A model generated the notes under the pieces. That model worked only from the letters and a program-made list of their open reading frames with translations. It was not told the DNA's origin and ran no database searches. From positions 19,034,001 through 19,098,000 of the forward strand of contig NC_086108.1 of the NCBI RefSeq assembly GCF_963921235.1: 64,000 nucleotides of DNA. The letters are read 5' to 3'. The position numbers and the translations under genes are program-made. The stretch's first letter is position 1. The number at the start of each line of letters is the position of its first letter. This document shows positions 1 through 11,515 of this stretch, one piece after another. The DNA is from Mobula hypostoma. Lineage: Eukaryota.

Positions 1-128
1 CTCCCACCAGTGTTTTCTGCCCCTTAGTGTTATGCAGCTCTACCCATATCGATTCCACATCCTCCCGGCTAATGTCCTTCCTTTCTATTGCGTTAATCTC
101 CTCTCTAACCAGCAATGCTACCCCACCT
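1..128 (-). mobile_element. CR1 LINE ORF2 APE-endonuclease fragment (runs off the window edge)
   Basis: Reverse complement translates without stops to GGVALLVREEINAIERKDISREDVESIWVELHNTKGQKTLVG, a typical CR1 endonuclease segment. Confidence 0.9.
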
Positions 129-214
129 GATAATATCCCCTTTCCAACAAAAATCTACTAAACTTGGGTCTGGAATTTTCAATGTTTCCTCAAGATGCCC
201 AGTCAGTGGGAGAA

Positions 215-500
215 CATGCAGGAAACACTCATCAGGTCAGGCAGCATCAGTGGAAGGAGGGACAGTTAATGTTTCAGGCTGGGAAAGAGAAAACAAACTG
301 GTTTTAAGTCACAAAGAAGGTGGCAGGAGAAATAGATACAGCACAGGGACTATCTGTGATAGGGTGAGACTAGGTCAAATGTGTCAATAGGATATCACTG
401 CCAGTCCAGCTGAAGTCAATATGTTGACTACTTTTCTTGGTCTGTGTTATCTGACTTTATTTTCTATTTTTGTCTCAGATTCCTAGCATCTGCAGTTACT
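215..500. mobile_element. Degenerate PLE-derived remnant
   Basis: ggaaacactcatcaggtcaggcagcatc...gttaatgtttcagg and the opposite-orientation tail cagattcctagcatctgcag resemble the PLE termini elsewhere in the window. Confidence 0.6.
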
Positions 501-1440
501 TTGATCTTGTTGACTCTGGGAGGGTAGATTTCCAATCAGCCATTGATCTTTATTCCGTTGAAAGCTTCCAGTTTCAACCACTGCCCCTTGGTTTGCACTC
601 CCTCAGCAGCAGATGTAGTCTTGCTTTACCTACCCTGATACATTTTTCACCATGGCTCTGTTGGTTCGCCCCACTGACTGGGAGGTACCCAGGATGAGCA
701 ATGTTGGTGCCACACTTTTGGGGTGCTGAGGGTTAACTTCATTTCCCCACTACCAAACTCCCCCTGCATCTGAGCAGCTGTTCGGTGTCAGTCCAGGTTG
801 ACATGCCTTCCCGATTAGCAGCAGTGTGTAGACCCCGCCTCCTGTAACAACTACAACTGACCCCTGACACCTCTAGTGTAAGGGGCTGCCAGGCAACATG
901 CAGCCAGCTGGAAATGGAAGGCAGAAACCAGCCACAAGGTATGAGGCCAGCATTTCTCTAAGTGACTGGAACTCATTGGCCAGGATGCAGAGCTGCTCCA
1001 CCACCAGGCAAATGAGATTTAGTAATTTGAATCATGCAATTTAATTTTCTAGTACATGTCTCTGTGACATCAGCAGCTAATCAAAATGGCTTCAACATCA
1101 TCTGGATAATTTTAAAATACAATTTATTAATTCTATTTATTTCCCCTTTTCCTGTCAGACTTTGATTACTCATCACACTCTGAACCCTACCCTGCCCTCC
1201 ATTGACATCCATGGCCGAGAGTAAATGAAGGGATACAGCGGCATTGGTAAGAGGGATTGGAAGCTCTGCCCCTCCACAGTCCAGGGAGGGTGTTGATATG
1301 ATTGCCAGTCCAGCTGAAGTCAATCACCTCCACCTATCAGGAATGAACTGAGTGGCTCAATTATGTATGGAACAAATACAACAACTTATTAATCATTTTA
1401 TTTCAAATTACTTCACAGAAAAAGGACATTCAGCCTATCA

Positions 1441-1631
1441 CAGGGGGGGATGTGTACATGGAATGAGGAAGTAGTTGATGGAGGTACAATTAATATTTAA
1501 AAGACATTTGGACAGGTATATGGATAGGAAAAGTGAAGAGAAATGGTCCAAATGAGAGCAAATGGGATGAGCTTGCATGGATATCTTGGTCGGCATGGAC
1601 AAATAGGGCTGTGTTACTCCATGGCTCTATG
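1441..1631 (+). mobile_element. CR1 LINE 3' end
   Basis: tggaatgag...tttaaaagacatttggacaggtatatggatagg...ggcatggac...ctctatg tail. Confidence 0.8.
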
Positions 1632-1639
1632 TCCATCAG

Positions 1640-1845
1640 TCTCATCTCCCCTTTCCTTACCTCTCTGTTGCCCTACAATTTCTGCACTCACAGGCATGGC
1701 AATTCCACTGAGATTCTTCTGACATTTACCTACACAATGAGGTAATTTACCCTAGCTAGTTAACCCAAAGAATGTCATGGGGAGAACATGCAAACTCCAC
1801 ACAGAGAGCATCAAATGACAGAATCTAAGGTCCCTGGAACTGCAA
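1640..1845 (-). mobile_element. Degenerate V-SINE (HE1-like)
   Basis: ggggagaacatgcaaactccacacaga core motif in reverse orientation. Confidence 0.65.
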
Positions 1846-1954
1846 AGGTTTTTGCTCTCTCTCAGATAGTCCTAAAGTAAGGAAGTAATGTAAAACCTTC
1901 ACAATCACTGTCTCCAATCCTTACCCACCTCATTTCGTTAAGAACATCAAGAAA

Positions 1955-2230
1955 TTTTTTATTTATTTATTGATTAATTGATTGAGATACTGTATAGAAT
2001 AGGTCCTTCCGGCCCTTCGAGTTACACTGTTCAGCAACCCCAATTTCACCCTAGCCTAATCACGTGACAATTTACAACAGACCGGTATGTCTTTAGACTG
2101 TAGGAGGAAACCAGAGCACCCAGAGGAAACCCACGCTGTCACGGGGAGCACGTACAAACTCCTTACCGGCAGCAGTGAGAATTGAACCCCAGTCACTGGT
2201 ACTGTCAAGCATTCTACTTACCACTATACA
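1955..2230 (-). mobile_element. V-SINE (tRNA-derived, HE1-like)
   Basis: ggaggaaaccagagcacccagaggaaacccac V-domain, reverse B box gaattgaacc and a (ttta)n tail. Confidence 0.85.
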
Positions 2231-2510
2231 ACGTTTGAGAAGATCCAAAGGTAATGTGGGAGAACTGGAATAGGATTGAAGCAGTTCAATTGTGTAACAA
2301 ACCATCAAAGCAGTGATAGTTCCCCCAAAAAAGCATGAAAGGAGCCTAAGTAGCAATTATGTCATATTTTGAAACATAATATTAAGAAACTGCTCTCACA
2401 AGCAGGAGGCCTGGTAACAAAAGGGACTCATGATCTTCTCTACAACTGCCAAAAGGAATTGACATAATCTGAAACATGTTGCCTGAAAGGTTGATGTAGT
2501 CATTGGGTCC

Positions 2511-2912
2511 GAAGTTCAAAGTTCAAAGACAATTTATTATCAAAATACTTATATGTCACCATACACAACCTTGAGAATGATTTCTTATGGACATACTCAA
2601 TAAATCCATAATAGAATAAAAACTTTAATAAGAAAAACGGCACCGAATGGGTGCTCAGCAGTGAGCAAAGGTCGACATATTATGCAAATACTAAAAGAAA
2701 CAAACAAAAATAATAAGTAAATAAGCAAAAAAGTCAGGAACATAAGATGAACAGTCCTTGAAAGTGAGTCCATAGATTGTGGAAACAGTTCAATGATGGG
2801 GCAAGTGAAGACGAGTGAAGTTATTCCCTTTGGTTCAAGAGCCTGATGATTGAGGGGCAATAACTGTTCCTGAAAATGGCAGAGAGTCCTGAGGCTCTGG
2901 TACCTTCTTCCA
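2511..2912 (-). mobile_element. Rex1/Babar-type LINE 3' end
   Basis: (gttcaaa)n tail; ttcaagagcctgatgattgaggggcaataactgttcctgaa is the reverse of the FRNSYxPSxIRLLN C-terminus seen at 24130-24444. Confidence 0.85.
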
Positions 2913-2915
2913 AAC

Positions 2916-3810
2916 CCATAGCTCCCTGAAAATGGCCACTCAAATCAATAGGCTGGCAAAGAAGGCAGAGGGAATGATTACTTTAATTAGTCAAAGCATC
3001 GAGTTCAAAAGGCAATAAGTTACATCACAGCTTTATAAAACTTGGGTTAGACTCCATCTAAAGAGATTTACCAGGCTGCTACCTGGCTTAGAGGATGTGT
3101 ACTATAAGGAGAGGTTGGACAAACTTGGGTTGTTTTCTATGGAACGGCAGAGGATGTGAGGACACCTGACAGAAATATGTAAGATTATGAAAGGCATAAG
3201 ATGCCATTTTGTATCTTTTTCCCAGGATTGAAATGTCTAATACCAGAGGGCATGAATTTAAATTGGGAGGGGGAAAGTTAAAGAATTTGTACAAGGTAAA
3301 TTTCTTTACACAGGGAGTGCTGGGTGTCGAGAATGCATTGCCAGGTGGTAGTGTAATAGTATAGAGGTGTTTAAGAGATTTCTTTATATATTTATTGAGA
3401 TACAATGCGGAATAGGCCCTTCAAGCTCAGCAATCCCCTACAACCCCAATTTCATCCTAACCTAATCAAGGGACAATTTACAATGACTAATTAACCTACC
3501 TAGTACATCTTTGGACTGTGGGAGGAAACCAGAGTACCTGGAGAAAGCCCACACATTCCTTGAGGAAGATGTACAGACACAGTACAGAGGACGTATAGAG
3601 GACTCTGGGATTGAACTCTGAACGCTGGCGCCTCAAGCTGTAATAGTGTAGCGCTAACTGCTGTACTACCATAGCACACGTATGTGCGGAGAATGGAGGG
3701 ATATGGCTATTGAATCAGCTGAAGGGATTAGTTTAGTTATCAGTTTGGTAAGTTTGGCACAACACTGTGGGGCATAGGGCCTGTTCCTGTGCTGTCCAGT
3801 TCTATGATTA
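2916..3810 (+). mobile_element. CR1 LINE 3' portion, split by a SINE
   Basis: Degenerate CR1 C-terminal coding motifs (..YKERLDKLGLFSMERQRM..); the 3' tail resumes after 3675. Confidence 0.85.
3383..3674 (-). mobile_element. V-SINE inserted in CR1
   Basis: tctttggactgtgggaggaaaccagagtacc V-domain and reverse A/B boxes; it interrupts the CR1 tail. Confidence 0.85.
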
Positions 3811-4179
3811 CACTCAAGAGAAACGTGTAACAGGGATAGATACTTAAAAAGGGACATAACTGGGGAAAAGAATGTGAGGGAGTGGATCAAATAAGACTGT
3901 TCTTTTAAAGAGACAGCACAGGTACGAGTCAGCATTGGAAAGAAGAGGAAAGGAAAGGCACACAAAGTAAAGAGAGGTAAAGGATGGGGAGAAAGGGCAA
4001 AAGAAGTGAGAGGCTACACAAATTTTATGGAGATTTGGTGAGCTAAATGCTTCAAACCTTTGAGCTATTAACCCCCTGATACATCATACAATCAGCACAA
4101 TTTAAGACTTTTAATCACTGGCCATGTTCAAAGTAAAACCACACTGTAATCTTCTAAACCTTCCCTTGACGTTGCAGAC

Positions 4180-4760
4180 CCTGCTGCCATCCAGGGTGGT
4201 GACACCCCCTTGTTAGTCGGAGCGGGACGAAGGCTGGCCCCTTGTCACTTTTAATGAGATTACTCTGACTTTGGCATTGCCAGTCACCCCTGGGATGAAC
4301 TTAATGATGCCTTCGCTTGTTAGCGCTCAGGTAAGTGACAGAGTTGTCAGGAGAGTTGCCGAGCACTGGCCTTGGCAGCAGGGGGTCGACGATGCTTCCT
4401 CCTGCTTCTGCCCAACCGCCCACTGTGTCGGCCTGCATGCCCGTTGCTGGGATCCTGGCAACAGCGAAAGAGACTCGTTCGCACGGGATACCAGCGGGAA
4501 TTTGTTGGCTGGGCTCCGGTGGGGCTCCCACCTCCTTCACCAACCCACCTCCATGTCCACAGCCTGGTGTGGAGAATGCAGCCTCAGGAGCCATGTCTCC
4601 GGAGAGGAGAGGAATTAGCTCTGTCAGCAAAAGGTCAGGGAGCGAGGGGGGAGGGGAGGGAAGGGGTGGGAGGGGTGCTGGCGTCACTTTCTGGATGAAT
4701 GGCAGTTACAGAGAGAGCTGAACTTACCCTGCAAGCTTTCTGACAAGACATTGTTCCCTT
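4180..4760. promoter_or_regulatory. Candidate conserved non-coding or regulatory element (GC/CpG-enriched unique block)
   Basis: Repeat-free and retains CpGs, with several TGACA/TGTCA and TAAT motifs and a strong CAG/gtaagt donor at 4330. Conservation not tested. Confidence 0.5.
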
Positions 4761-5556
4761 TAACTAGAAATAGTTTGAAATGTTCCTGTGATTGTAAATG
4801 CATATTTTAAAACTATAACGGCACTGCAACCTATCTACAGTTAAATAGAATAATGAGGTGTGCACAAATTTGTGGCTCAGTCCTTTACAATATTACATAC
4901 TTTACGGTAAATCTCTCTTGCCTTGTGCAGCCAGTGTCTGCGCTGTGTTTCTCTCCGGAACGCGACACTAGGAGACAGAGTCAGAGAGTCAAAGAGACGT
5001 ACAGCATAGGAACAGCCCAATGACACTGAGGTTTAAAACATGGCTGAACACTACTGAGAATATTGACCGTATGATACTAAGTATGTAAAACATTTGGCAC
5101 TGTAATTATTTTTCAGTATATCTTTTTATTGTGAATAATTTTGAAATAAAAAGGCCTTTTGGCCCATCACACCAATACCAACCATTGCACATAGAACAGC
5201 ACAAGAACAGGCTCTTTGGCCCATGATTGGGATATACCTTCTATGCTCGCTTTGATCAACAAAACATGGAGGCAACTTCACAAATTCTTACAGCTCCTGT
5301 TGACCCCGTAATATCAGTCTCTGAAGCCAACATGAGAGCATCCTTCAGAGGGAAAACCCACAAAAAGCATCTGGACTAGCTGGGGTACCTGGCCAAGTAC
5401 TGAAAACGTGTGCTATTCAACTGACTGGAGTGTTCACTGAGATATTTAACCCTTCGGTTTGGCAGCCTGAGGTACCCAACTCCTTTAAGCAGGCTTCAAT
5501 TATACTGGTGCCCAAGAAGAACACAGTAACTTGTCTCAAAAACTATCATCCAGTAG

Positions 5557-5767
5557 ATCAAGCAGGAGTAAATCAAGGGAACTGAGCTTGTTCTGTTGTC
5601 CAGATGTCCACATGTTGTGCCAAACTACCCACCACGGAACAGAACTAAATAAACCTCTTGGATGGGTAGCAAAACATCTTTGAGACATCACAGCAAGTCC
5701 AGTTGCCTTGATTTACTACTGCTTGATATACAATGACCTGGATCACTGAGAGCCTTCATATACATAA
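5557..5767 (+). mobile_element. Short PLE (second family) with inverted partial terminal repeat
   Basis: 10-bp TSD CATCCAGTAG (5547-5556, 5768-5777). 5557-5590 is an inverted copy of about 5693-5726, which is followed by a ~40-nt tail. Confidence 0.75.
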
Positions 5768-6589
5768 CATCCAGTAGCACTTGCATCTCCTATGATGAAG
5801 TTCTTTGAGAGGTTGGTGATGAAACATATCAACTCCTGCCTGAGGAGTGACTTTGATCTGCTCCATTTGGCCTACCAGAGCAACTGGTCAACAGCAGATG
5901 CCATTTCACTCAACCTTGGAACATCTCAACAGTGAAGATAGCTCTTCATTGACTACAGCTCAGCATTCAACACTGTCATCCCTTCAAAACTAACTAATAA
6001 GCTCCAAGTCCTAGGCCTCAATAACTCCTTGTACAACTGGATCCTCAACTTCCTCACTTGCAGACCCCAGTCAGTTCGGATCGACAGCAACATCTCCTCC
6101 ACAATCTCCATCAGCACAGGTGCACAACAAAGCTGAGTGCTAAGCCCCCTGCTCTACTCACTTTACACTTATGACTGTGAAGCTAAGTACAGTTCCAATG
6201 TCATATTTAAGTTTGCTGGCGACACCACAGTTGTTGGCCGAATCAAAGGTGTTAATAAATCAACGTACAGGAGGGAGATTGAATATCTAGCTGAATGGTG
6301 CCATAACAACAATCTCTCACTCAAAGTCAGCAAAACCAAAGAGCTGATTATTGAGGTCCATGAGCCAGTCTTCATCAGGGGATTAGAGGTGGAGAGAGTC
6401 AGCAACTTTAAATTCCTCAGTGATATCATTTCAGAGGATCTGTTCTCCATCCAGCACATAAGTGCCATTGCAAAGTAGGCAAGGCAGTGCCTCTACTTTC
6501 TTAGAAGTTTGCGCAGCTTCAATATGTCATCGAAAACTTTGGCAAACTTCTATATATGCGTAGTGGAAAGTATATTGACTGGCTGCATT

Positions 6590-6945
6590 GAACTGAATTA
6601 AATTGATTTTATTACTTACTTCCTTCATATACATGAGGAGTAAAAATCTTTACGTTACATCTCCATCTAAGTGTGCAATGTGCAATTTATAGTAATTTAT
6701 AATAAATAGTATATAAAACAGGACAGTCAATATAACATAGAAATACAGTTGTGTCAGCATGAATTAATCAGCCTGAGGTTCTGATGGAACAAGTTGTCCC
6801 GGAGCCTGTTGGTCCTGGCTTTTATGCTGCGGTACCATTTCCCGGATGGTAGCAGCTGGGGCAGTTTGTGGTTGGGGTGGCTCGGGTCCCCAGTGATCCT
6901 TCGGGGACGTTTTACACACCTGTCTTTGTAAAAGTCTTTGTAAAT
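6590..6945 (-). mobile_element. Rex1/Babar-type LINE 3' end (different subfamily) nested in the LINE above
   Basis: Interrupts the host between ggctgcat and tcacagcctggtatgg; microsatellite-like tail and reverse C-terminal coding motifs. Confidence 0.75.
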
Positions 6946-7310
6946 GTCACAGCCTGGTATGGAAACACCAATGCCCTTGAACAGAAAAACCTACAAAAAG
7001 TAGAGGAAATGGCTCAGTCCATCATAGGTAAAGCTCTCACTACCATTGAGCTACTGTGGGAAAGCAGAATCCATCATCAATGGTCCCCACCATCCAGGCC
7101 GTGCTCTCTTCTCACTGCTGGATCACGAAGGAGACACAGGAGCCTGAAGTCACAGACCACATGGTTCATGAACAGGTATTACCCTTCAACCATCAAGCTC
7201 TTGAGGGGATAACTTATCTCATCCACAACCTATGGATCAAGCTTGTACTTATAGTAAGGTATGGCTTCTTTTCTGAGTTTGTATTTTAAAGCAAGATTTT
7301 AGTGAATGAT

Positions 7311-7442
7311 AGCAACACACATCAAAGTTGCTAGTGAACGCAGCAGGCCAAGCAGCATCTCTAGGAGGAGGTACAGTCAACGCTTCAGGCCAAGACCCTT
7401 CCGTAAGGAATTTCCAGCATCTGCAGAATTCCTCTTGTTTGC
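7311..7442. mobile_element. Short PLE insertion
   Basis: 15-bp TSD ATTTTAGTGAATGAT (7296-7310, 7443-7457); sequence matches the element at 13066-13310. Confidence 0.88.
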
Positions 7443-7689
7443 ATTTTAGTGAATGATGTTTGCCACTTGATTGTGCCTGTGTAAGAAATCAGATTGAGTC
7501 AAACCTCTGCAGAATCCTGCAATGTGCTGGACTGTTTCTGGTTCCTCTTGCCATTATCTCCATTTATCATCTGAATTTGTTGGCTTTTTTATATGTATTT
7601 TTGATCATTCTTTGTATTAACCACCATGTCCTATATTGCCACAAGGAACCCTTCTGTTTCTGGGAAGAGGTCTCCAAATGAGCCAGACA

Positions 7690-8225
7690 TTTGACACTTC
7701 CTTGTCAACATCTATTATTATCATTATTATTATTTTTTTGTATTAGCACAGTTTGTTGCCTTCTGCACATTGGTTGTTTGTCCATCTGTTGTGTATGTTT
7801 TCTCATTGATTAGAAACATAGCAACAGAAACACAGAAAACCTACAGCACAATACAGGCCCTTCGGCCCACAAAGCTGTGCCAAACATGTCCTTACATTTG
7901 AACTACCTAGGTTTACCCATAGCCTCTATTTTTCTAAGCTCCATGTATCCATCCGGGGATCTCTTAAAAGACCCTATTGTTTCCGCCTCCACCGCCGCCG
8001 CCGGCAGCACATTCCACGCACTCACCACCCTCTGCGTAAAAAACTTACCCCTGACATCTCCTTTGTACCTACTTCCAAGCACCTTAAAAAGTGCCCTCTC
8101 GTGTTGGCCAGGTTCTATTGTGTTTCTCTGTACAATATTTACTGTGAATGCCCACAAAAAATGAATCTCAGGGTAGTTTAATGTGACATATATGTACTTT
8201 GATAGTAAATTTACTTTGAACTTTC
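7690..8225 (+). mobile_element. Rex1/Babar-type LINE 3' UTR, split by CR1
   Basis: aatgaatctcagggtag...gtactttgatagtaaatttactttgaacttt tail, shared with 24420-24740. Confidence 0.75.
7811..8110 (-). mobile_element. CR1 LINE 3' end, young subfamily
   Basis: FKVLGSRYKGDVRGKFFTQRVVSAWNVLP and a (tagaaaca)n tail; similar to 19900-20176. Confidence 0.92.
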
Positions 8226-8419
8226 ACGCTGTGCCAAACGAATTAATCTAGTGATTAAATGCCTAACCAAACTAATACTTTCTGCCAACACAATGTCCAT
8301 ATCCCTCTACTCTCCACAAATTTCAACATTACATCCTGAATCTTGAATTTCATGTTTGACTAATAAAGGCAAGCACACAATACACCATCTATGCCAATGT
8401 ATCAATCCTATCAATTGGG

Positions 8420-8620
8420 TGGTGTGGTGGCACAGCAGTTAGCATAACACTATTACACCACCAATGACCCAGGTTCAATTGCACTGCTGTCTCTAAAGCA
8501 TTAGTATGCACTCCTCGTGACTGTGTAGTTTCCTCCCAGTGCTCCAGTTTCTCCCTCATTCCACAGATGCATGGCTGAGTAAATTAATTGGCCAGAAGAG
8601 CCTGTTACCATGCTGCATCC
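8420..8620 (+). mobile_element. V-SINE
   Basis: A box tggcacagcag, B box ggttcaatt and V-domain gtgctccagtttc. Confidence 0.7.
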
Positions 8621-9095
8621 CTTAAAAAAATGGGAGAGGGCCTGCTGATCTTCCTCGAAAGCTGCACTAATCTGCCATCATCACACCAGACAACAGGGAG
8701 CAATACCCCAGAAGAAAATGGCAACAAATGTATTAGGCCAAACATCTACTGTTACACACTCCCCTCAAACACAAGCATCTCTTGCAAGACACTCCCTCTG
8801 AAAAGAGGTCTCTCCTACTACACATTCCCTCTGAAGACAGCATCATCCAGCAAGTCACCCCCTCTGTTGGTGTGAGCAATTGACAGGTAACCAAAGCGAA
8901 GCCATCCCAGCTCAGGGTCTATGCTCTCTGCAAGCCAGGTTTGAAATGAACGTTGGGAGGGAGCAAATTACAACAACATGGGATAGTGCCGAAACATATC
9001 TGATTGATTGCAAGAAATAGTATTTGTGCATGCAGCTGATTGGTCATGCAGTGAATCGACTGGGTCTTCTACATGCGTGAGTCACTCTCTTTTAG

Positions 9096-9157
9096 GTGTG
9101 GGCTTTGGAGTATGCATGATTTTGGTCTTGGTGGTCCCAGTTCATCACTCCCATACG
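9096..9157 (+). pseudogene. Candidate coding exon with in-frame TGA (VWALEYA*FWSWWSQFITPI-R)
   Basis: Acceptor ctctcttttag/G and strong donor ACG/gtaagt. Only the frame containing TGA (9117-9119) ends in phase 2, as needed to join the 11068 exon. Confidence 0.55.
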
Positions 9158-9255
9158 GTAAGTTGCCCACTGTGTACCGTTACGAACATGACTCAATATA
9201 AACATTTAATCCTACTATTCCAGTGTTTTACTTGCTTTGCGCAATACAGAACAAC

Positions 9256-9445
9256 AGCAATACACACAAATTGCTGGAGGAACATAGCAAGCCAGGCAGC
9301 ATCTATAGAAGAGAACAAACACAGTCCTGATGAAGGGTTTCAGCCCAAAGCTTTGAGCTCCATAGATGCTGCCTGTTGCTGAATTCCTTCAGCATTTTCT
9401 GTGTGTTGCTCAAGATTTCCAGCATGTGCAAAATCTCTTGTGTTA
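9256..9445. mobile_element. PLE remnant with inverted terminal repeats
   Basis: gctggaggaacatagcaagccaggcagcatc and its inverted copy flank agtcctgatgaagggtttcagccc. Confidence 0.85.
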
Positions 9446-9561
9446 ATAAGACAGAAGACTGGGTTAAGTGGAACAAAAACAGAGTGCTGAGAAATTGCTG
9501 ATGAGAATTGGGTAATTTCTTGAAGGGGTGGAAGGGGGGTAAAGAAAAGAGCAAGTAGTTA

Positions 9562-9700
9562 TAAATACAAGAGATTCTGCACATACGGGAAATATTGAGC
9601 AACACACACAAAATATTGGAAGAAATCAGCAAGTCGGGCATCATCTATAGAGGGGAATAAACAGTCAGCATTTCAGGCTGAGAACCCTTCATCAGGACTT
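9562..9700 (-). mobile_element. PLE terminal repeat fragment
   Basis: Tail plus a decayed hammerhead-like motif (reverse: agtcCTGATGAagggttctcagcctGAAAtgctgact). Confidence 0.85.
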
Positions 9701-9879
9701 GTCAAGAATCAGGGAATGAAGATGTTTAAAGAGCCAGTACTGCGTGGTAGGCCAGAAGGTTTCCATCTGCATTATAAGACTATGATTTCGCTTCCTTTTC
9801 TTGGCATCTAGAGAAAAATGTGACTCGGCACTATAATGAAGGGAGGCTCTCTTCTCTTCCACCCCACACCACTGAAGCA

Positions 9880-9993
9880 CTCTGTTAGTGGAAGCTTGCT
9901 GTGTGATGGTATTCCTACATCACAAATGTAACCACACTTCAAATATATTTCCCTGGCTGGCAAGACAACTTCCTGAGGTCAAAGATGCAAGTC
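9880..9993 (+). mobile_element. Deu-SINE (SacSINE1/AmnSINE-like) 3' fragment
   Basis: gcttgctgtg...ttcctacatcacaaatgtaaccacacttcaaa...cctgaggtc...atgcaagtc resembles the Deu-SINE tail (from recall, not searched). Confidence 0.55.
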
Positions 9994-10534
9994 AAACACC
10001 ATAAAAGGTCAGGAGACATTCAGCTGAGCGTCTGGAAGAAATATCTGCAGTGCTTCTCATTAACAAGCTCTTCATTTCTTCTCTTCCCTGGTGCTTATCT
10101 GATTATCTCAAATTAATGTGTTCTGCGGTGCTCCTTGTACTTACCTTTTCTCCAAGGAATGGGACAGATTTTTCCCTGCATGTAGAATTACTGTAAGCCC
10201 ATTCTTTCTGCATGGCTTCATATTCTGAGCTAGACAGATCTTCTCTCACTGTGACCAGTTGTCTGTCTCTGATGCCCTTCCAATGTGCCTTGTTTTCTGT
10301 CTCATTCATACTCAGTTTGCCTCTCTCCTTCAGTCTTTTACTATATATCTCTTATCATTTCTCCCTCTGTCAAGTAGTCAAGTAATCTCGTGGATTCTCA
10401 CTGTGTCTTGCCCCCTGCTTGTCTTTTGCTCACTCTAATTCTATCTGCCACTGTTTCTGTCTCAATCAGCGTCTCTCAGTTTTCCCCACTGCCTGCCTCT
10501 CTTACATGCTTCTCAATACATTCATTCTCACTGC

Positions 10535-10710
10535 CACACACAAAAACAGGAGGAACTCAACAGCTCAGGCATCAAGAACTATCCAGATAAAAGGTCTCAA
10601 CCCACAATATCATCTATCCATCAACCTCCATAGATGGTGCCTGATCCAATAAATTCCTCTGGCTTTTGGTGTGTTCTCCAGATTCCAGCATCTACAGTTT
10701 ATTGCTTCTC
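10535..10710. mobile_element. Degenerate PLE remnant
   Basis: ggaggaactcaacagctcaggc with an inverted arm and the tail agattccagcatctacag. Confidence 0.7.
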
Positions 10711-11067
10711 TCATTCTTACTGTCTCTATATTTCTATTTCTTCTTCTCAGTTTCTGGCTTTTTTTTTACTTTCTTATAATAGTTTATTTCTTTATCATAA
10801 TCTGTTCTACTGAAGAAATCTCCATTTCCCTTCTCCATTGCTAATTCTCCCTTCCATTCTGGGTCCCTTTCTCCTTGTCACAACTATCTTGCGTCAATGT
10901 CTTTCACTGTTTCTCTCTGCCTCACCTTATCACTGTACGTCTGCCTGTCTTTCCTGTCTCTTTCTTCTCTCTACATCTTGCATTGCCTCTGTCACCTTCA
11001 CTCTCCTGCTCCTGCTCCCACTCACATTGGTCCTGCCTCACCCACTTGTTGCTTCCTTTTCATTTAG

Positions 11068-11223
11068 GTGTACTGTAACATTGGCGCATGCTAGAATGGT
11101 GCAAAATGTATGTAACCAGTCCCACGGCAGAACAGAGTGGCGATGCCTCCAGCACAGTGGACCAGATGCTGCAGATCCTTCCAACCCATTGGTGGAAGTG
11201 ATCACAAATGTAATCTGCTCCAG
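11068..11223 (+). CDS. Candidate internal coding exon (phase 2/2) of an unidentified gene: CTVTLAHARMVQNVCNQSHGRTEWRCLQHSGPDAADPSNPLVEVITNVICS
   Basis: Acceptor ttccttttcatttag/G and donor CAG/gtgatc; 156 nt with a single open frame. A complex, CpG-retaining island inside pyrimidine-rich low-complexity DNA. Confidence 0.7.
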
Positions 11224-11515
11224 GTGATCTGTATAATGCAGAAAGCAACAGGTAATTCAATTTGAGCACTTGTTTCCTTCATATTTCTTTCTCTTCCTCT
11301 ATCACATTCTCTCTCATTAGGTCTATCTATCCACTGTCTACTCTCTGTTTCCTTTATTTTATTTCTCTCTTTCACTATGTCCCTCCTCTGCTCTCTCTTT
11401 CTTTTCCTCCCTTGCTGTTGTTTTTACTCATCATTCTTTCTGCCTGGTCTGATCCCCTCTCATCCACATCTTCCTTTTGCTACATCTCAACATCTCTCTC
11501 TTCCCATCTCTCCAG

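Larger units (their letters stand above)
5238..7245 (+). mobile_element. Rex1/Babar-type LINE, decayed RT-containing ORF with two internal insertions
   Basis: Motifs [60 protein letters not shown] and FMNRYYPSTIKLL, with many stops and frameshifts. Confidence 0.92.

Noticed and set aside
4271..4721. Four overlapping ORFs of 108-128 aa on both strands
   Set aside because: High GC content suppresses stop codons, the peptides are compositionally biased, and there are no recognisable domains.
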